Notes under the pieces: generated by a model
The model's input: the letters and a program-made list of their open reading frames with translations, nothing else
The model's database searches: none
Told to the model about the DNA's origin: nothing
Shown: piece after piece, positions 63,401 through 64,000 of the stretch
Position numbering within the stretch: the stretch's first letter is position 1
Layout: each line of letters opens with the position of its first letter
Source of the DNA: Amoebophrya sp. A120
Lineage: Eukaryota > Protista > Dinoflagellata
Assembly: GCA_905178155.1 (NCBI GenBank)
Contig: CAJINV010000004.1
Location: 4,009,555 to 4,073,554, forward strand
DNA: 64,000 nucleotides
Direction of reading: 5' to 3'
Program-made: the position numbers and the translations under genes

Positions 63401-64000
63401 TACCACATTGAGAACAAGTGCGGCGGGCGGCAGAAGACAGTGGAGGAGGAAAAGCGGTGCGAGGTGAGGAAAAAGAGAAGAGCATCTTCTGCTGGGACAC
63501 GAGATGCAGTTGCAGATAGAATTTTTTGGGAGAATGAAAGGAACGGTATTAACGGAATACAGGCGGAGAAGCACCACACGCTCCATCTTCGAGAGCAGCC
63601 TGGCGCTCTTGAGACCGCACGACACCAGCGAGACCGCAAAGGACTCGATCGTGCGGGCGAGGGCGCAGAAGTAGCATCTTCAAGGTTGCACCAGAAGTCC
63701 TTCTCAGGACAGACAGCAAAATCGAGGGTAACGGCTGCACGGGACGACGAGCATACGAGTAGAGCTTTAGCCGCGCACGCAGCGACGAACAGTTCAACGA
63801 ACGGAACTGCAACTTCGAGCTCCGCCGTATGGCCTTCTCAAATGTTACACTCTCAAGCTCAACTGTAACATGATTTGTTTTTGTCATGCGAAATTACAAG
63901 TAGAATCTGAATCGACACGATCAAGCTGCTTCGCATGACAAATTCTCGAAACGTCAAACAGGCTGAGAATCTAGTCCAAATTTGTCATGCAAGACGCGCA
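60433..64000 (+). CDS. Membrane protein with a PAN/Apple-like Cys module; 3' truncated by the window
   Basis: TM segment LYYVAMFWFLLLNATLIYTGW; GCC...CRHQCDLRGVDCVGYDY...RCWL. Frame restored by removing three introners; a fourth starts at 63828. Confidence 0.7.
61076..61256. mobile_element. Introner family A
   Basis: tacgcattgcaaaagtac...acttttgcaatccata; direct repeat cgcgg/cacgg. Confidence 0.87.
61397..61549. mobile_element. Introner family A (reverse of 1165-1314)
   Basis: Ends gcaattactacgagtacgatacttctgcacaggata; direct repeat tccac/tccac. Confidence 0.9.
62283..62596. mobile_element. Introner family G
   Basis: Similar along its length to 47500-47807; direct repeat tcggt/tcggt. Confidence 0.9.
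63828..64000. mobile_element. Introner family F, truncated by the window end
   Basis: tatggccttctcaaatgttaca resembles the 30039 terminus; three internal ttgtcatgc/gcatgacaa motifs. Confidence 0.75.

Noticed and set aside
1-64000. Dinoflagellate spliced-leader relics, tRNA/rRNA genes, transposase
   Set aside because: No CCGTAGCCATTTTGGCTCAAG-like match, RNA gene or transposase ORF recognised by eye; a computational scan could still find weak cases.
60433-64000. Polycystin/PKD2-like channel assignment
   Set aside because: Only a faint topological resemblance; any diagnostic channel region would lie beyond the window.

Overview
Eukaryotic (not prokaryotic) genomic DNA. The architecture strongly resembles the parasitic dinoflagellate Amoebophrya (Syndiniales); this taxonomic call is an inference. 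All ~16 supportable genes lie on the + strand: frataxin, PDI-C/ERGIC-thioredoxin, VTC4-like polyphosphate polymerase, low-specificity threonine aldolase, RraA/HMG aldolase, a membrane-anchored A1 aspartic protease with an N-terminal repeat, eIF3c, a tandem paralog pair and several unknowns. The dominant feature is a set of 26 complete plus 1 truncated MITE-like intron elements (introners) in about 7 terminal-inverted-repeat (TIR) families. Each begins TA(T/C), ends ATA, and is flanked by a 5-bp direct repeat. Where the host frame can be traced, removing the element plus one repeat restores it. Only 3 of 26 can be read as GT/GC-AG, and the elements occur in both orientations. All families share an internal GCATKACAA/TTGTMATGC motif despite largely unrelated TIRs. 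Two ordinary GT-AG introns are recognisably decayed copies, suggesting a route from non-canonical element to canonical intron. Coordinates were counted by hand and may be off by a few bases.
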